Assembly: GCA_013239625.1 (NCBI GenBank)
Contig: MU056816.1
Coordinates: forward strand, 2,362,773 to 2,426,772
DNA: 64,000 nucleotides
Direction: 5' to 3'
Origin: Lama guanicoe
Taxonomy: Eukaryota
Numbering within the stretch: the stretch's first letter is position 1; the number at the start of each line of letters is the position of its first letter. A program made the position numbers and the translations under genes. Below, in pieces: positions 38,787 through 51,600 of the stretch. The notes beneath the pieces were generated by a model that worked only from the letters and a program-made list of their open reading frames with translations, was not told the origin of the DNA and ran no database searches.

Positions 38787-39989
38787 ATGCTTACAAAAGA
38801 CACCTGCCCTAGAGATATGGGCTTCCTGGCTCTCAGGTCACATGGGACTCTAAGCAGAAATGCATCCAGGGGAATCCAATCACTTCTTTCTAAGCCCCCA
38901 ATCATGGGTCTGGCTTCAGCCTTCCAAATTCCTTGCAGTTTGCTACTTTCTGTGCTTCCATTCAAAGCCGTCTTGCTTTTTGTGCTCAACTCCCTAAAGC
39001 TGCCCCTGTCCTTAACTCGAGGCAGGGGTGTCCCTTGTCCCCCCAGCACCCTGTCCTTTGTAACCACCCCAGTCCAGCCACACTCACTGTACCCAGGATT
39101 GACTGAGTGAGATAGAAAAACAATGAGATGAGGGATCACCTTGAGTGCCCACCCAGAGTGAGGGAGGCCCAGACCTGGGCTCCTAGCCTTGACTGCAAAT
39201 CAGCACCAAGGAAACGTTTTCTAGAAACACAGGTGCTCAACCACCTCCCAGAGCTTTTGGTCAGCAAGTCTGGAGTGGGCCATGTTGAACTTGCGTGTTC
39301 TAAGCAGGGGACCGGAGGAGAAAAGAGGAAACTCCTCTGACCACACTGTCAGTCTCCAAATGGGGGGTGGGGGGAAAGAAGGGCAGAAATTGCGCTATGG
39401 AGCAGTTGCCTGGAATTGTTACCAAACTTTTGAAAAACACGAAACAACAAATAAAAGCAGTAGATAATTAAGTACATAATTGTACACACCACTTGTTAAC
39501 TAAGCTTTTACTCCTAGAACCTGACAGAATCTGCTTATAAGGTGATAGCGGGAGGGAACGCTGGCATATGGCAAGCCATCTGCAATGCGAATGCTTTGTC
39601 GATGAGAACTTCCCTGCCCCACAAAGAGAATGAGATGCTAAATGTAGTTTTCCGGAGCGAAGTGATTTATCTTCATTCTGTGCAGAAAAATGAGTTGACT
39701 GTGTGGAGTGAAGATGAAAGAAAGGCAGGAAGAGGCGGAAGGCCAGAAGTGTTCTGGGGACCCTTTGGTTGCTTATGTCTGAGAGTCAAGCCTTCAGGAC
39801 ACATGATGGGCAGAGGAGAGGTGGTGTAGCTAAGGGCTCCGATCAGCACCTCTCTGAAATGCCGCTGTTCTAGGGGTACAGGGAGCCCGAGACCTGCGGA
39901 AGGTCTTGGGAAAAGTGAATGGGCGGGGGCGTCGATTGTTCCCTGATTTCTCAACTGTCAACCCACTGCCTGCCATCTCACCGTTAGAG

Positions 39990-40160
39990 CTTCTACTCTC
40001 AAAGGTCCTTAATCTCTTCAAGGCTACTTTCTCAGCTGTAAAATGGAGATAAATTACCTACCTTGGCCGCCACCCTGAGTCAACGTAAGACCTGGTAAGA
40101 TGATGCAAAAAGTATATTAAATAGTGTAAGGTTTAATACGAATGGAATTATCATTATTAA
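39990..40160 (+). mobile_element. MIR SINE
   Basis: ccttaatctcttcaaggctactttctcagctgtaaaatggagataaattacctacct. Confidence 0.75.
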
Positions 40161-41369
40161 CAGTCCACCTGGAGCCCTGTGAACTCATCCCTCTGCCCTC
40201 AGTTAACCTCTGACCTGCGTCCCAAGCCTCACAGCGTGGTTGCCCAGAGTGGTGGGTCCTCCAGGCAGTGCCGGCAGCTCCCTTCCGTCTAAGGGCCTTC
40301 CCAGCTCTGCTGCTGGTGCTCTAAAAGTCTGACACCAGCAGCCCTGTAGAAACTAGCCCCTGGAAGAAGGGGGCCACCTGGGAGATGGGGCTCTTGGGGG
40401 TCGTCGAGTGGCTGGCCTCCTGGAAACAGGCTTGCTGGGGACACAGCAGGGCTGCGGAGGGGGATGCAGGCACAGCCCTGCTGGGCTCCCAGCACATCTC
40501 CACCTACTCCATCCTCAGAACACGTCACCATCCCGGGAAGGGGTCTGCCTTGGCCTCGTGCTCCCCCTTGGTCCTGTCACAGTGGGGTCACATAGTACAA
40601 AGCATGGTGACCTGTATGTGTGGAGATTCCCCACCCTGACCCCATAAACTCCCTAGTTTGGAACTACCCTCTGCCCAGACTCAGGCCAGAACCGCCCCCA
40701 CCCCCCAGCCTTTCACTTCTAGATCCATAAGTGGGGGTTCCCCTCCACCTCTGCTGATGGGCATCCATTGTACTCGTCGAAGACATTTTCTCCCCACAAG
40801 TATTCCAGGAGAGCCCTTGTCGGCTGTGGAGACGTGGCTGCCTTGCTTCTGGGCCCCTCACCCCCCACCCCTACCTGCCCCTCCTGCAGGGCCCACCAGC
40901 CTGTGCTCCGAGGTGGGCTCATGGTCCCTCTCCTGCAACTGCTCTGCCCTTTTGCCAGTAGTTAATTTTTTCACATGGGGAGCCCCTGGGAAGTCCCTGC
41001 TCCTGTCATATGAGGACTCTGTTCAGACCCAGGTCTGCTCCTTGGAAGGCCATGCCTGGTGGTCATGATTGAACTGAACAGACACTGCACAGGCCTTTGC
41101 TATCAGGACTCCTGGACACAGAGCATCTCATTCCTTTTTTCCCTGGAGGGAGGTAGGTGTAGCAGGGATGTAGGGGGATCGGGAGCCCTGGGCTGCAGGC
41201 TGGGCTGTCACAGGCATTGGCCTGGCCTTTCCCTTCTTTGAAGATGGATGACAGTGTTGATCCCAAAAAAGACACAGGTGGTGCCCTTCTTACTCAACAC
41301 TTCATGTTTCAATGGATTTATTACTCTCGGCATTTTGTCCATTTTATCAACAAAGGAAACCCCAACATC

Positions 41370-41495
41370 ATCACAGAAAACAGATTCTTAGCGGCAAGGA
41401 CTCTTGGAGATAGTGGAGTCTGCACCCCTTCATTTTATAGATAAGGAAAATCAGGCCCCCTGGGCAGGAATGACTTGCTGAAAGTTACGGAGGTA
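41370..41495 (-). mobile_element. MIR SINE
   Basis: ccttcattttatagataaggaaaatcaggccc...aatgacttgctgaaagttac. Confidence 0.75.
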
Positions 41496-44400
41496 ATGGG
41501 AGAACTCACTGCCCTAGGACCCCACACAGAGCAGCAATGCGGGGCCCGGCTAGTGAGCACCAAGCAGATGGAGAAGGTGGCTTCAGCAAAGAGGTGGCAA
41601 GAGAGGAAAAGGCACTTGGTGACCATCACTGGGAAGGTGGTTTATCAGGACAGAGTAGGGGACAAGCGAACAGCTGCTCCATCTCCAAGAGTGAACCCCT
41701 ATGTACATTGCTAATGGCCAGAGCCCCCCTCAAATGTACTTTTTCTGACCAACTGGGATATCTTGGGAGAAAAGGGGGAATTAGGGCTTAGGGTAGGGTG
41801 GGGAGTGGAGGCCAGAGAGAAGGGCTGGAAGGGAAGCTGAGGTCCAGGCCGAGGTCCAGACGGCTACGTGGTCTAGAAGTATACCTGAGGAGAGCCACCT
41901 GGGGGCCCCAAAGCTCTGTGCTCAGCTCTGGGCTAGGTAGGGTTTGCCAGCGCAGCGTCCATCTCGGGGGTCTACCCAGCTGTGGGGTGGAGTTGAATCA
42001 GTACAGATCCTGGGCAGAAGCACCCAAGACATTCACAGGAGGACCCCAGTTACCATGGACCTCTCTTGGAGGAGGGTCATATGGGTTCTGGAATCTTGGC
42101 ATCTCTTGGCTTGAAGCGGTGAAGGAGAGGAGCTTGTTAGTGGGCTTTAGAAAGAGGGCACTTGTTGAAGAGGTGAAGATTGGTGATGTGGGGAGGAGGG
42201 ACGGGGCAGCCTTCTAGGAAGGTGCCCTCAAGCAATGGAATGAGAGATCGACAGGTGAAGGGTCCTTGCTCCAGGCTTAGGACCCTCTCTCCCCTCCCAC
42301 CGCACCCCTGCAGACAGTTTCAGATGCCTTCCACAGAGGAAGGGGTGCCTGAGACAGCAGGCAGCAGCACAGGATTTCCACTGGGCCACCCAGAGCCCTG
42401 TCTCCACTCTGCCCTATGTGTTGTCCCCAGGAACATCCCTCCAGCCAGCTCTGGACCCCCCGGAAGGCTCAGACAGCCTGCCAGAATCCTATTTTGAGCT
42501 GCCACAGGCCTAGCAGGGGCCAATCTATGGAGAGGCAGCCCTCACCCAGGAGTTCCAGAGAGCCAGACCCCTCTCTTGGGGCCAGCACCCACGCTGGCAG
42601 AAGGGTATGAAACAAGCCATTCTCTTCTTAGAACAACTACCAGCTACTCCAGGCCAACCAGGCCTGAAGGGGTGAGGAGTTCTGTCCCTGCCAGGGCCCC
42701 TCTGCTCAGCCAATGGGAAAGGCCCCAGTAGGAGCCGAGGGCCTGGTCCTCAGGACCTCAGCTGAGCATCACCACCCTGGCCAGCCCTTCCCAGCTTCCT
42801 CCTACTCCTGCACCCAGCTGGCTTCTTTCTCAGGCCATTTCCAGAAAAGAGAAACCCACTTGCAGCCCTACTGCTCCCTCTGAACCCCAGAAAGCCTGCT
42901 GGTCAACACTGGCCATAGCCTTGCCTCGGTTCTGTCTCTCCCACCACCCATCTCCCCGCTTCCTCTCGGCTTCTCTCTGTCTCCCTCTTCTGAAGCTGCA
43001 GTGCCATCCCACTGCCCCCTTTTCACAAGGTGAGGAATTACCATTTGGGGCCTCCCTCCTGCAGGCCCTCCTATTTGCAGCTGCTTGTAATGGAAAATCT
43101 GGGCAGGTTGTGGGGAAGAGGAGAAGGTGGTAGGGGGGTGGGGGGGAAAGGAGGTGAAGCTTTAAACAACACAGCAATTGGAAAGAAACTTCTGGAGTGA
43201 AGTTAGCGATAACATTATCCAGTAGCAAACATACTCAGCCAAACCCTGCATGTGGGAGATTAATGGCCTATGGGATGGGGACTGAATTCCGAAGACCCTT
43301 GCTCAGGAATGATATGAATTGGTTACCCTAGGAATAGCACTCAAATGGACAGCTGTATGGTATGAATACTTGTATTCTTTATTTGTTAAAAGGAGCACAG
43401 TTTGAAAGAAGAGCTTTCAGACTTCCCTCCTTGCTCTCCGTGCATGAAGGGAAAATACTTCCATGCCTTTGGTACATCCCTTAAAGCAAACTGTGCGCAG
43501 GGGCAACAATCTTGTCACCTCCTGCACTTTGATCAGGTCTTCTCTCTTAGGGCGGTCTTCAGAGAAAATTTCCAGAAAGGGACCCAAGAAATCATCTCAC
43601 CCATCCCCCTACCTCTGGTTAGACCCCAACTCGCCTCTCAGCCCTCCCATACAAAAAGAAATAATCTTTAAGCACAAAACTTTTCCCAGCCAAGAATCAT
43701 TTACTCCCAATCCTCCCTCCTCTGATGTGTTAGGATAGGAGGCAGGTTCACCATTCATCAATCTATCCATCCATCCATCCAACCAACCCACAGCATGGAA
43801 CTGCTAATGGCCAGTGTCTAGCATGCAGGACTGAGGAGGGATGGGGTCTGGAATTTCCCAGAGTCCCAGCTGAATATAATTTTTTTTAAATTGAAGGTGA
43901 TATTTCAATAAACCCCTTAATGAGCTTGATCTTTTTTAAACCTTTCTGTTGAGTGACTTCACCAAGGCTACAAGTTGGGTTTCTGCTTCCAGATGCCTGG
44001 ACCAAGGGAGGACACCACCCAGCCACTCATGTGAATGGAAGGCATTGCTGGATCAGGGTCATGGGCAAGGCCAGGCGCTGTCCAGATAACCCCATCCTGT
44101 TGCCAGGAACTGGGGCCAGGTCGCCTGCCTTAGAAGAAGGGACCCTGGATTACTGGTGGCTCAGAAGGGACTGGGCCTGGGGCACGGTTCATAGGCTGTA
44201 ATCTCACAAGAGACCAGTTCATCAAAACCAGAATGCCAGTTATTTATTTACACTGAGAAATATAACTGTCATGGGGACCAGAGCCTCCTGTTTGACCCAT
44301 CAGTGCATTCTCCCTGTAGAATAGTCACTGTGGGAAGGTAAATAGTAACTGAGAGCTTGGGGCAGAAATCAGATTGAAGGGGGAGGCCCTTGGAGCTGCA

Positions 44401-47400
44401 TTTGTGTAATTTTTCACTGAGAAAACATCAACATCAAACAAAACAGTTGTGGAGGGGCTTCGGAGTCGGGCAGAGGGAGGCCTGGGGGCACAGGGGGTTG
44501 GCTTGCCCTACTTGTTAGCTGCCTAGCCTCTGAACGTTTTTCTTATGCTGAGGGTCCCTCTCCCCCTATTAAGCAGAGGGTCTGCCTCCTTTTACAGAAA
44601 TGCAAAATACCAGATACTCACTTTTCCATACTTCTTTGCAGCTCAGCTATGGCATGACCCCCAGACCCAGGCTGAGTGGAGCTCAGCACCCCAGGCCTCA
44701 AGTGGGAGTCTAGGGGTAGGAGAAGCCTGTGTCCTGGTGACATTGGTGGCCTGGCTATTATGGTTTCCAAGGCCAGCTGTTCTTCCAAGAGCATCCAGCT
44801 GCTCCTCAGTGCCCAGGCCTGTCTGTCTTCTGTGCAAATCACAGGGGCCAGGACCTTGGAATGACAGTGGCATTCTCTGGACCAGTTCTGCAGCTGAATT
44901 TCAGATGCTGTTACTGGTCGACTGCCTTGCAGAGTCTGAGCTTCCCGGTGTCTTTTAATAAATTTTGTTTCTGCTCATGTCCACCAGCATCATTCTCTGT
45001 GACCTGCAAATAAGAACTCCACCTGATAGAGGACCCCTTGGCATTGCCACCTGTCAGCTGTCCAGAGTCACACAGCTGGTGGTGGCACACCTTGGACAAG
45101 TCCCGAGCTTGTGGTGCTGCCCCACCTGCTCTGCTGTCAGTCCAGGGAGCTGTAGGGGAGCCGTGAATGCCACATGTGTGCAGAAGAGGGACCCATCCCT
45201 GCCAGGCGTGGTGGCCAGAACAGGCTTCTTGGAGACAGTGGGCCAGAAGGGTAAGTAAACTAAATGGGCTGAGATGAAAGGGGATGGTTTTAGGGGGAAA
45301 AGACATTATACTAAGCCTGACTATTTAGACAGTAGAACTAGGAATTGGCTCAGGACTGGGGACATGACCCATGTGCCAATGTGTCACCCCTACCCCTCCA
45401 GCCCCTGGCTCTGAGCTGACAGCAATGGAGAACAAAAAAATAAGCACTTAGTGATAATTAATTGCTAAGATACAAAGAAAAATTGTTTTGAATATTAAAA
45501 TTATAGATATAAAGCTATTTGGAGCATGATTCAGAGTTTATGAAAACATTATTTACATTGATTTATTCCCAGAGCCATCAAGACTCCTTGAAAATAATCA
45601 AAGTTGACATTTCCATTGCTGAAGTTAATGTTGATATCATATAATGAAAATTATATGCTTGGGATGGGCTGTGTGTGTAGAAAGCGTTAAAACCAACACC
45701 AACATCTACAGATCTCTGTACACCCCCCATTATTAAGTACCCGGTTACCAAGGGTCGAGCTTCTGAGGCTCTTCAACCACTGGCCCCTGGCCCAGCCTCC
45801 AGCCATCCAGTACCCAGGGACTCTCAGATCTGACGAGGAGTGTGAGAAGCATACCCCAGGGCCTCGAGCAAGGATCGGGCTCAACTCCCACAAGGAAAGT
45901 CAGTTGAAGGGATGCTCTAGTCACCTGGTTGGGTGCTCACTAAGAGCCCACAACCATGTTGGCTTTCTCTGGTAACTTCCACAGGCAGCAAGTGCCAAAG
46001 CAGGAGCTCCGTGTTGCTGCCAGAGTCAGCGAATTCCTTGCTCCTGAGGGTCACCCGGAAGGCTTTGGGATCGAGTGAACCATCACTGTACAATACTGTA
46101 TACATTTGTTCCTTTTTTCAACTAATCTTCTTGAAGCATCCAGTGTGTCCTGTGCTCTGTGTGATGGGTTGGTGATTTTGAGACATAGGAGCAAAGTCCT
46201 GGCCTGGAGGTGCCTCCTCTGATGGGCAACCATGACAATGCAGGATCCTATGGGCCCTGGAAACTGTGAGCACCAGGGAGGGGATGGCAGGTGCCAGGAC
46301 GGTCCTGGCAAAGGGCAGCACCCCACACAAAGGCGTGGAATCCTCAGAGACCTGGTCAGGAGTGGATTGTGAGGGCACCTGGCTGACAGAGGCCTCAGGA
46401 GCCAGAGTAGGAGTGAAGCTCTCAGAAAAGCTAGGTGGCTCTGGGGGAGGGGGGAGTGGGGGTGTCGGGGGATCCTCCAGAGGGAGCAGCTGCTCCCCAG
46501 CGCTTGGATGGAGGCTCAGTTTAGTCCTCAGGAGAACAGGTATCTGTAAGATGCTCAGACTGTGGACCAGGTCACTGCCCCAACTGTTAAGAAGGGAATT
46601 CGCAGAATGAAGGTGCCTCTCCCCGAGCAGGATGAGGCTCCAAGAAGGGAAAGGAGCTACAGTGGGGTGATGGGTGCCTCATCCGATGCCTATGTCTCTC
46701 TTTCAAGCTTCTTTACCTTCAACGCCACTCAAGACTTGCCCTTCCTCCCCATCTCAGGCCCAAAGATCCTAGATAAGCCACCAGAGGCGGGCGGGCGGGG
46801 CTGATGGAGAAGGATGCGGCGTTAGTGGATGTGGAAGCAATACAGGTGGCCTTTTCCCTCAGGTTCGTGGCCTCTCCCTTTAGCACCCACTCCCCCAGGG
46901 CAGAAGGAAAGGCTGAGAGAGGAGAGAAGAGACCCTAGTGAGTGGCCCCTGGGTCCATGGTGAACACCAGTTCTTTCCCCCAATTTGTCCCCTCCCCCTT
47001 TCCCTGCTCCCAAGAGCCTCTGCTCTCTGGGGGATCCTGGAGGTCCGGGAGGTGCATGATACCCCTGGGCTGGACCACGTGACCTGGCTGAGCCAACCGA
47101 ATGCTTTATACAGTGGCTAGGTCAGGGCTAGTCTCATGGCCTGCATCTATACAGTCCAACTGAAATGTGGTTTAGGACACTGGCTAGTCTCTTCCTGCAT
47201 AAAGGAACTTGGGAGCACACAACTTCTAGAGCTTCTGGAAGCCATCTTTGCAACTACTGAGTGGCCCTGAGTGGGGTCAGCCTTGGAAAAAAAACTGGAG
47301 GACAGGAGCGCTACAGAAAGAAGTCTGCCTTTTGGGCCGCTTCCCAGTCCAGGAGAGGCTCCCCACTCTGCCACGGCTCTCAAGCCTCCACTGCTCCACA

Positions 47401-48029
47401 TCCTAATGTGGCCAACCTGTCTCTTCTCTCACCAAGAAGAGGTCAGACTGAGCAGCCCAGCTCCAGGGGCGCCCTCACCACAATGGATTGCTTGGGAAGC
47501 CACCTCTTGGGTCATTGCTTCTGTTTGGTAGGATGTGGGTCACATGCCCGTGGCCTGGCTGCAAGGGAGTCTCGGAAAGCAAGTGTTCCCATAGTGGGAG
47601 ATGGGTACTTGTACAGGGGAGGTTCCCCAACTTCTTAGGATCTGGGTGGCCAAAGAGAATGACAAACATCACCTCCAAACCCCCAGAACCTATACCAGAA
47701 ACTTGGCCACTGGAGGGTGGGGTGGGGCCTGCTGCAGCTCTCTCACCCAGGCTCCTCCCCTCTTCAGTACTCCTCTGCCCCTCCCTCCAGGCTGGGGTGC
47801 ATCCTTCTTCGTCTTCCTAGGCCTCCCCTGCCCTCTGGTACCAACACACTGCCTGGCATATCATGGGTGTTGGCTAAATGTTTGTGAGTTGAGTTGACCC
47901 GTCTAGCACCGGGACAGCCAGGAACGTGTCATCTCAGTGAGGTAAGTAACTTGGTCACCCTGCCCAACCCTGGAATGATGGAGGAGAGGTGGACAGATAA
48001 TTTGTCAAACACAGAGGTAAAAGAGATGG

Positions 48030-48700
48030 TGATCAACAATGGGGGAAGCAAAGGAGGCCAGGAGAGGGGATGGAGATGAAGTGATCAGGGATGCAGGGAG
48101 GCCCTCCTGAGATGACAACTTGTGGGCACCAAGCTGGGAGAACTCTGGGTGAAAAGGTTTCAGACAGAGAGGACAACACCTTCAAAGACGCAGAGGTGGA
48201 GTGTAATTGGTGTGGCTGGACCAGAGTGAGCAAGGCGGGAAAGGCAGGAGGGGAACCAGAGGGCTGAGGGTGGAGCAGATCTCACAGAACCCTGTTGGCC
48301 ATTGGGAGGACTCAGATTCTGACTCTGAAGACAGGAGCCACTGCAAGTGTTAGAGTAGAGAATTGGCATGATCTGACTTGGGTTTAACAAGATCACTCAG
48401 CTGCTGTGTTGAGTGTGGGACAAGGGTGGGAGCAGTGAGGCCAGGCTGTTGCAGTCCTTCTGGAGAGACAGGGAGCAGCCAGACCAGAGGGGGAAGCCAT
48501 GGAGGCGGTGAGAGGTGATCAGACCCGGCTTACATCTGGACGTGGAGCTGGCGGCTAGTTGATGGACAGGGTGTGGGGTGTGAGACAGGAGTTGAGGACA
48601 GTTCCCAGGATTGGGTCTGACTGGAAGGATGGAGCTACCATTTAATGAGATGGGGAAGCTGTAGGAAGAGCTGGTTGTGGGATTTGGGAGTCAGAAGGGC
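48030..48700 (-). mobile_element. L2 LINE internal fragment
   Basis: ggagccactgcaagtgttagagtagagaattggcatgatctgacttgggtttaacaagatcactcagctgctgtgttgag...ggaaggatggagctaccatttaatgagatgggg. Confidence 0.85.
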
Positions 48701-49301
48701 AGTGGGGGGTGTACAAACAGAAGAGCAACATAGATAACAGTACGGGTCAGCAGGAATGGAGCACTGCACACACGTGATGCTCCCACCCGAGCGCTCTGAA
48801 TGCACGATCTCATCTAATTCAATAATCTGGGGGAGAGAGATGCTGGTTTTGCCCCATGTAACAGAACAATTAGATATCACTCTGCATTCCTTCTGCTCAT
48901 TCAAGCCTCCCTATGTCCCCTTCCCACAACAAACCAAAACAAAATACGAGCAACCAGGTCCCAGGCAGTAGAGGCAGAGAGCAGAAGCTGCTTGAAGGCC
49001 CAGATTGCTCTGCCTTTTGTCAGAGCTCAGGATGAGCTAGTATCTGGTGGGACTTGGGGAAGGGAGGCAGAGCCTCTGGTTAGGCTGTAGGGGGGCTTCC
49101 AGGGGCTCACAGCCTCCCCCAGAGCCCAAAAGCAGCAGAGCACAGCCCAGAGAAACTAGGAGTGCCCCCATGTTACAATGAATGCATGGGGAGCCCAGAC
49201 ACAGCCCAGAAGGAGTTCCCTCCCAGACAGTGAGACTGGGTACCCAGGTGAGATTATTCTGGTCACAAATGACAGGAAACCTGGCCAGAGAGGCTTACAC
49301 C

Positions 49302-49485
49302 CAGCTGTATACAGGAAATGGTCTGCAGGGACTTGGAAGAGACTTCTCTTGCCAACTCCACGTTCAGTGTCATCCAGTTGGTAGCTTGAATCAGCCCCAG
49401 TAGGAGTATTTACACAGTGGGAATTAGCAAACACTACACATCAGGACTTTCCTCTGGAAAGCTTGTTGTTACTAACACACCACGG
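49302..49485 (+). mobile_element. MER63A-like hAT-Blackjack MITE with 8-bp target-site duplication
   Basis: ccaactccacgttcagtg...gttggtagcttgaatcagcc...ggagtatttacac...gcaaacactac matches recalled MER63; flanked by cttacacc (49294-49301) and cttaaacc (49486-49493). Confidence 0.8.
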
Positions 49486-49844
49486 CTTAAACCCTCTCCC
49501 TCAAAACATACTGTGACTTTTACTGGCTGACACCCCTGGGACATCCAGGGATAGGACTGAGTGCAGGACACTAAATATCACCCCTAGGGCTCAGACTTTC
49601 TGTCCTCATCATGTGCCTGGGTTCTTCCCAGGGTGGCAAGTTGGCGATAGGATCCAGCTCCGGATCCTAGAAGTCCCAGCGTAGAGACCCCAGTGGAGGC
49701 AAAAACTTCTCTGTCCCACAAGCCCCAGCAGAAGCCCCATAACTGAGAATCAGGGGTCCTACTAGGTCATGTGCTCATCCTGAACCAATCACAATGGCCA
49801 GGAAGAAGAAAACGCTGTTGGGCCAGGCCCAGATCAGGAGCCGT

Positions 49845-49845
<1 letters not shown>

Positions 49846-49919
<74 letters not shown>
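49846..49919 (+). repeat. (TG)n microsatellite, ~37 units
   Basis: One TT interruption near 49887; alternating purine/pyrimidine continues to ~49937. Confidence 0.95.
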
Positions 49920-49922
<3 letters not shown>

Positions 49923-50071
49923 CGTGCGCACATGCGCTCACACACACGGGGGCACTCACACAAACCCACATACTAAGAGAGGCAGAGGGCTCATGCCTCA
50001 CAGCTCTTAGTGGAGGAAGGGGAACTGGATATTGGGCAGGCAACACCAATAGGGTCTCTCACACTTGGCTC

Positions 50072-50107
<36 letters not shown>

Positions 50108-50259
50108 CGTGCGCACATGCGCTCACACACACGGGGGCACTCACACAAACCCACATACTAAGAGAGGCAGAGGGCTCATGCCTCACAGCTCTTAGTGGAG
50201 GAAGGGGAACTGGATATTGGGCAGGCAACACCAATAGGGTCTCTCACACTTGGCTCTGT
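49890..50259 (+). repeat. Tandem duplication with 185-bp period, two copies
   Basis: 49920-50074 is identical to 50105-50259, and each copy is preceded by a TG tract. Confidence 0.95.
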
Positions 50260-50789
50260 GGAGCAAATTCATATGTGTGACTGGCACAAGCTCACTCAGC
50301 CGGCTCAGGATTTGCGTCACCAAGACCCAGGCTCCTACCATTGTCCTGCTCTGTCCTCCTTGGGGTCAACCATGATAGAGCTATGGAGCTCTGTCTGAGC
50401 TCTCACCCTGGTACCCAGACAGCCAAAGCCAGATTCAGGGCACAGAGCCTCTTCTCCCAGGGGCTTTCCTTATCAGGAAAATCCTTTTGGGAAGTGCCAG
50501 CAGCCCTCCCCTCACATCTCACTGGCGAGAACTGGGTCACATGGCCGCCCCTCCACCAATCATTGTTCACTTTAAAACCCACACAACATTAGGGGCTGGT
50601 CAGCCAGGAGGAGGGGCCCAGTGGTCAATGGAGTCTGTGAGGAGAGAGGTATTACATTGCCGAGAGCAGCAAAGCCCACTAAGGTGAGGCAGGAGGTTGG
50701 TGTAAGGCGTCTGCAGCCTCCTCAGCCTGTGCAGAGTGAGCTGCGTCCCTGCTTCTGAACCTGGGGGGTGGGGAGGGGGGCTGCCCCGC

Positions 50790-50910
50790 TGGGTCACTGC
50801 TCATCCTGGTTTGCCCAGCCACCCTGGTTTATGCCTGTCATCCCCCTGTAATTTCTAATTGCACCCCCTTTCCCTCTTAGAGGGATCCTGGGCTGGTAGA
50901 GGGCAGCCAC
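50790..50910 (+). mobile_element. MER94-like hAT-Blackjack MITE
   Basis: catcctggtttgcccagccaccctggtttatgcctgtcatcc...gtaatttctaattgcacccccttt matches recalled MER94. Confidence 0.7.
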
Positions 50911-51354
50911 TGAGGTCCCTGCAAGACTGGGGCATAGGAGAGCTGAGGTATCTCCAGGCCGGGACCCAGGGCAGGAAGTGTTTTCCAGAAACTTCTTCGC
51001 CAGGCTCCCAACCAGGCTGAGGGCAGGAGCATGAGGTTTAGGGCTGCTCTGGGAGCCTGGCAGATGTTCCTTTATTCTGAACTGAGGCCTTCACGCATGG
51101 CTTGGCTGAAATCTCTCCCAGACAGCTGGAGACTGGGCCTTGCCTCCCTCAAGCCTCATTCCTGAGGCCGAGGCACACAGTGTCAGCCCTAAGGCTGGGC
51201 AGGATGTCTCAGGCTAGGACAAGGCCGAGGACAGGCAGTGTCAGTGGCACAAACATGCTGCTGCATCTGTGTCTTGGTAGGTAAAAGCCACATCTTTGCT
51301 GGGGGCATTAGGAAGGCTTTGGGGGAGCACTAAGCAGCAGAGAAGCTTGGGACC

Positions 51355-51600
51355 ATCTCAGGCAATATTTGCCACCCATGAATGGGAGGGTCGTTTCATG
51401 GTTTGCAACCAGCCTTATTTTAAGGGAACAAAAGCAAAAGAGAACACAAAATATCAGAGTATAACCTGTACAATAAGAGCATCAGTTCACAAAGTATTGT
51501 CTCAGTTCCCAAAATTTTCTGGTTTTGGTTTTATGATACGTATGTTGTATATATCATGTCCTGATATTACATGCACTTCAAAAAAGTTTGAAAAACAGTA
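51355..51600. mobile_element. hAT-Charlie-type MITE
   Basis: AT-rich body (aaaatatcagagt...) ending in caaaaaagtttgaaaaacagt, a Charlie-like terminal repeat. Confidence 0.6.

Larger units (their letters stand above)
49245..50063 (-). mobile_element. MaLR solo LTR (MLT1K-like), interrupted by MER63 and a TG microsatellite
   Basis: Start attctggtcacaaatgacaggaaacc; diagnostic ggtcatgtgctcatcctgaaccaatcacaatggccagg; end ggatattgggcaggcaacacc...ctcaca. Confidence 0.75.

Noticed and set aside
39200-39220. REST/NRSE-like TCAGCACCAAGGAAAC (also AGCACCGGGACAG at ~47905)
   Set aside because: Right half-site mismatched in the first and spacing non-canonical in the second; too weak to call.
49890-50259. 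Repeat-spacer-like layout resembling a CRISPR array
   Set aside because: Eukaryotic DNA, only two identical units, no unique spacers and no cas genes.
49771-50280. ORFs with CVCVCV or THTHTH runs
   Set aside because: Translations of TG/CA microsatellites.
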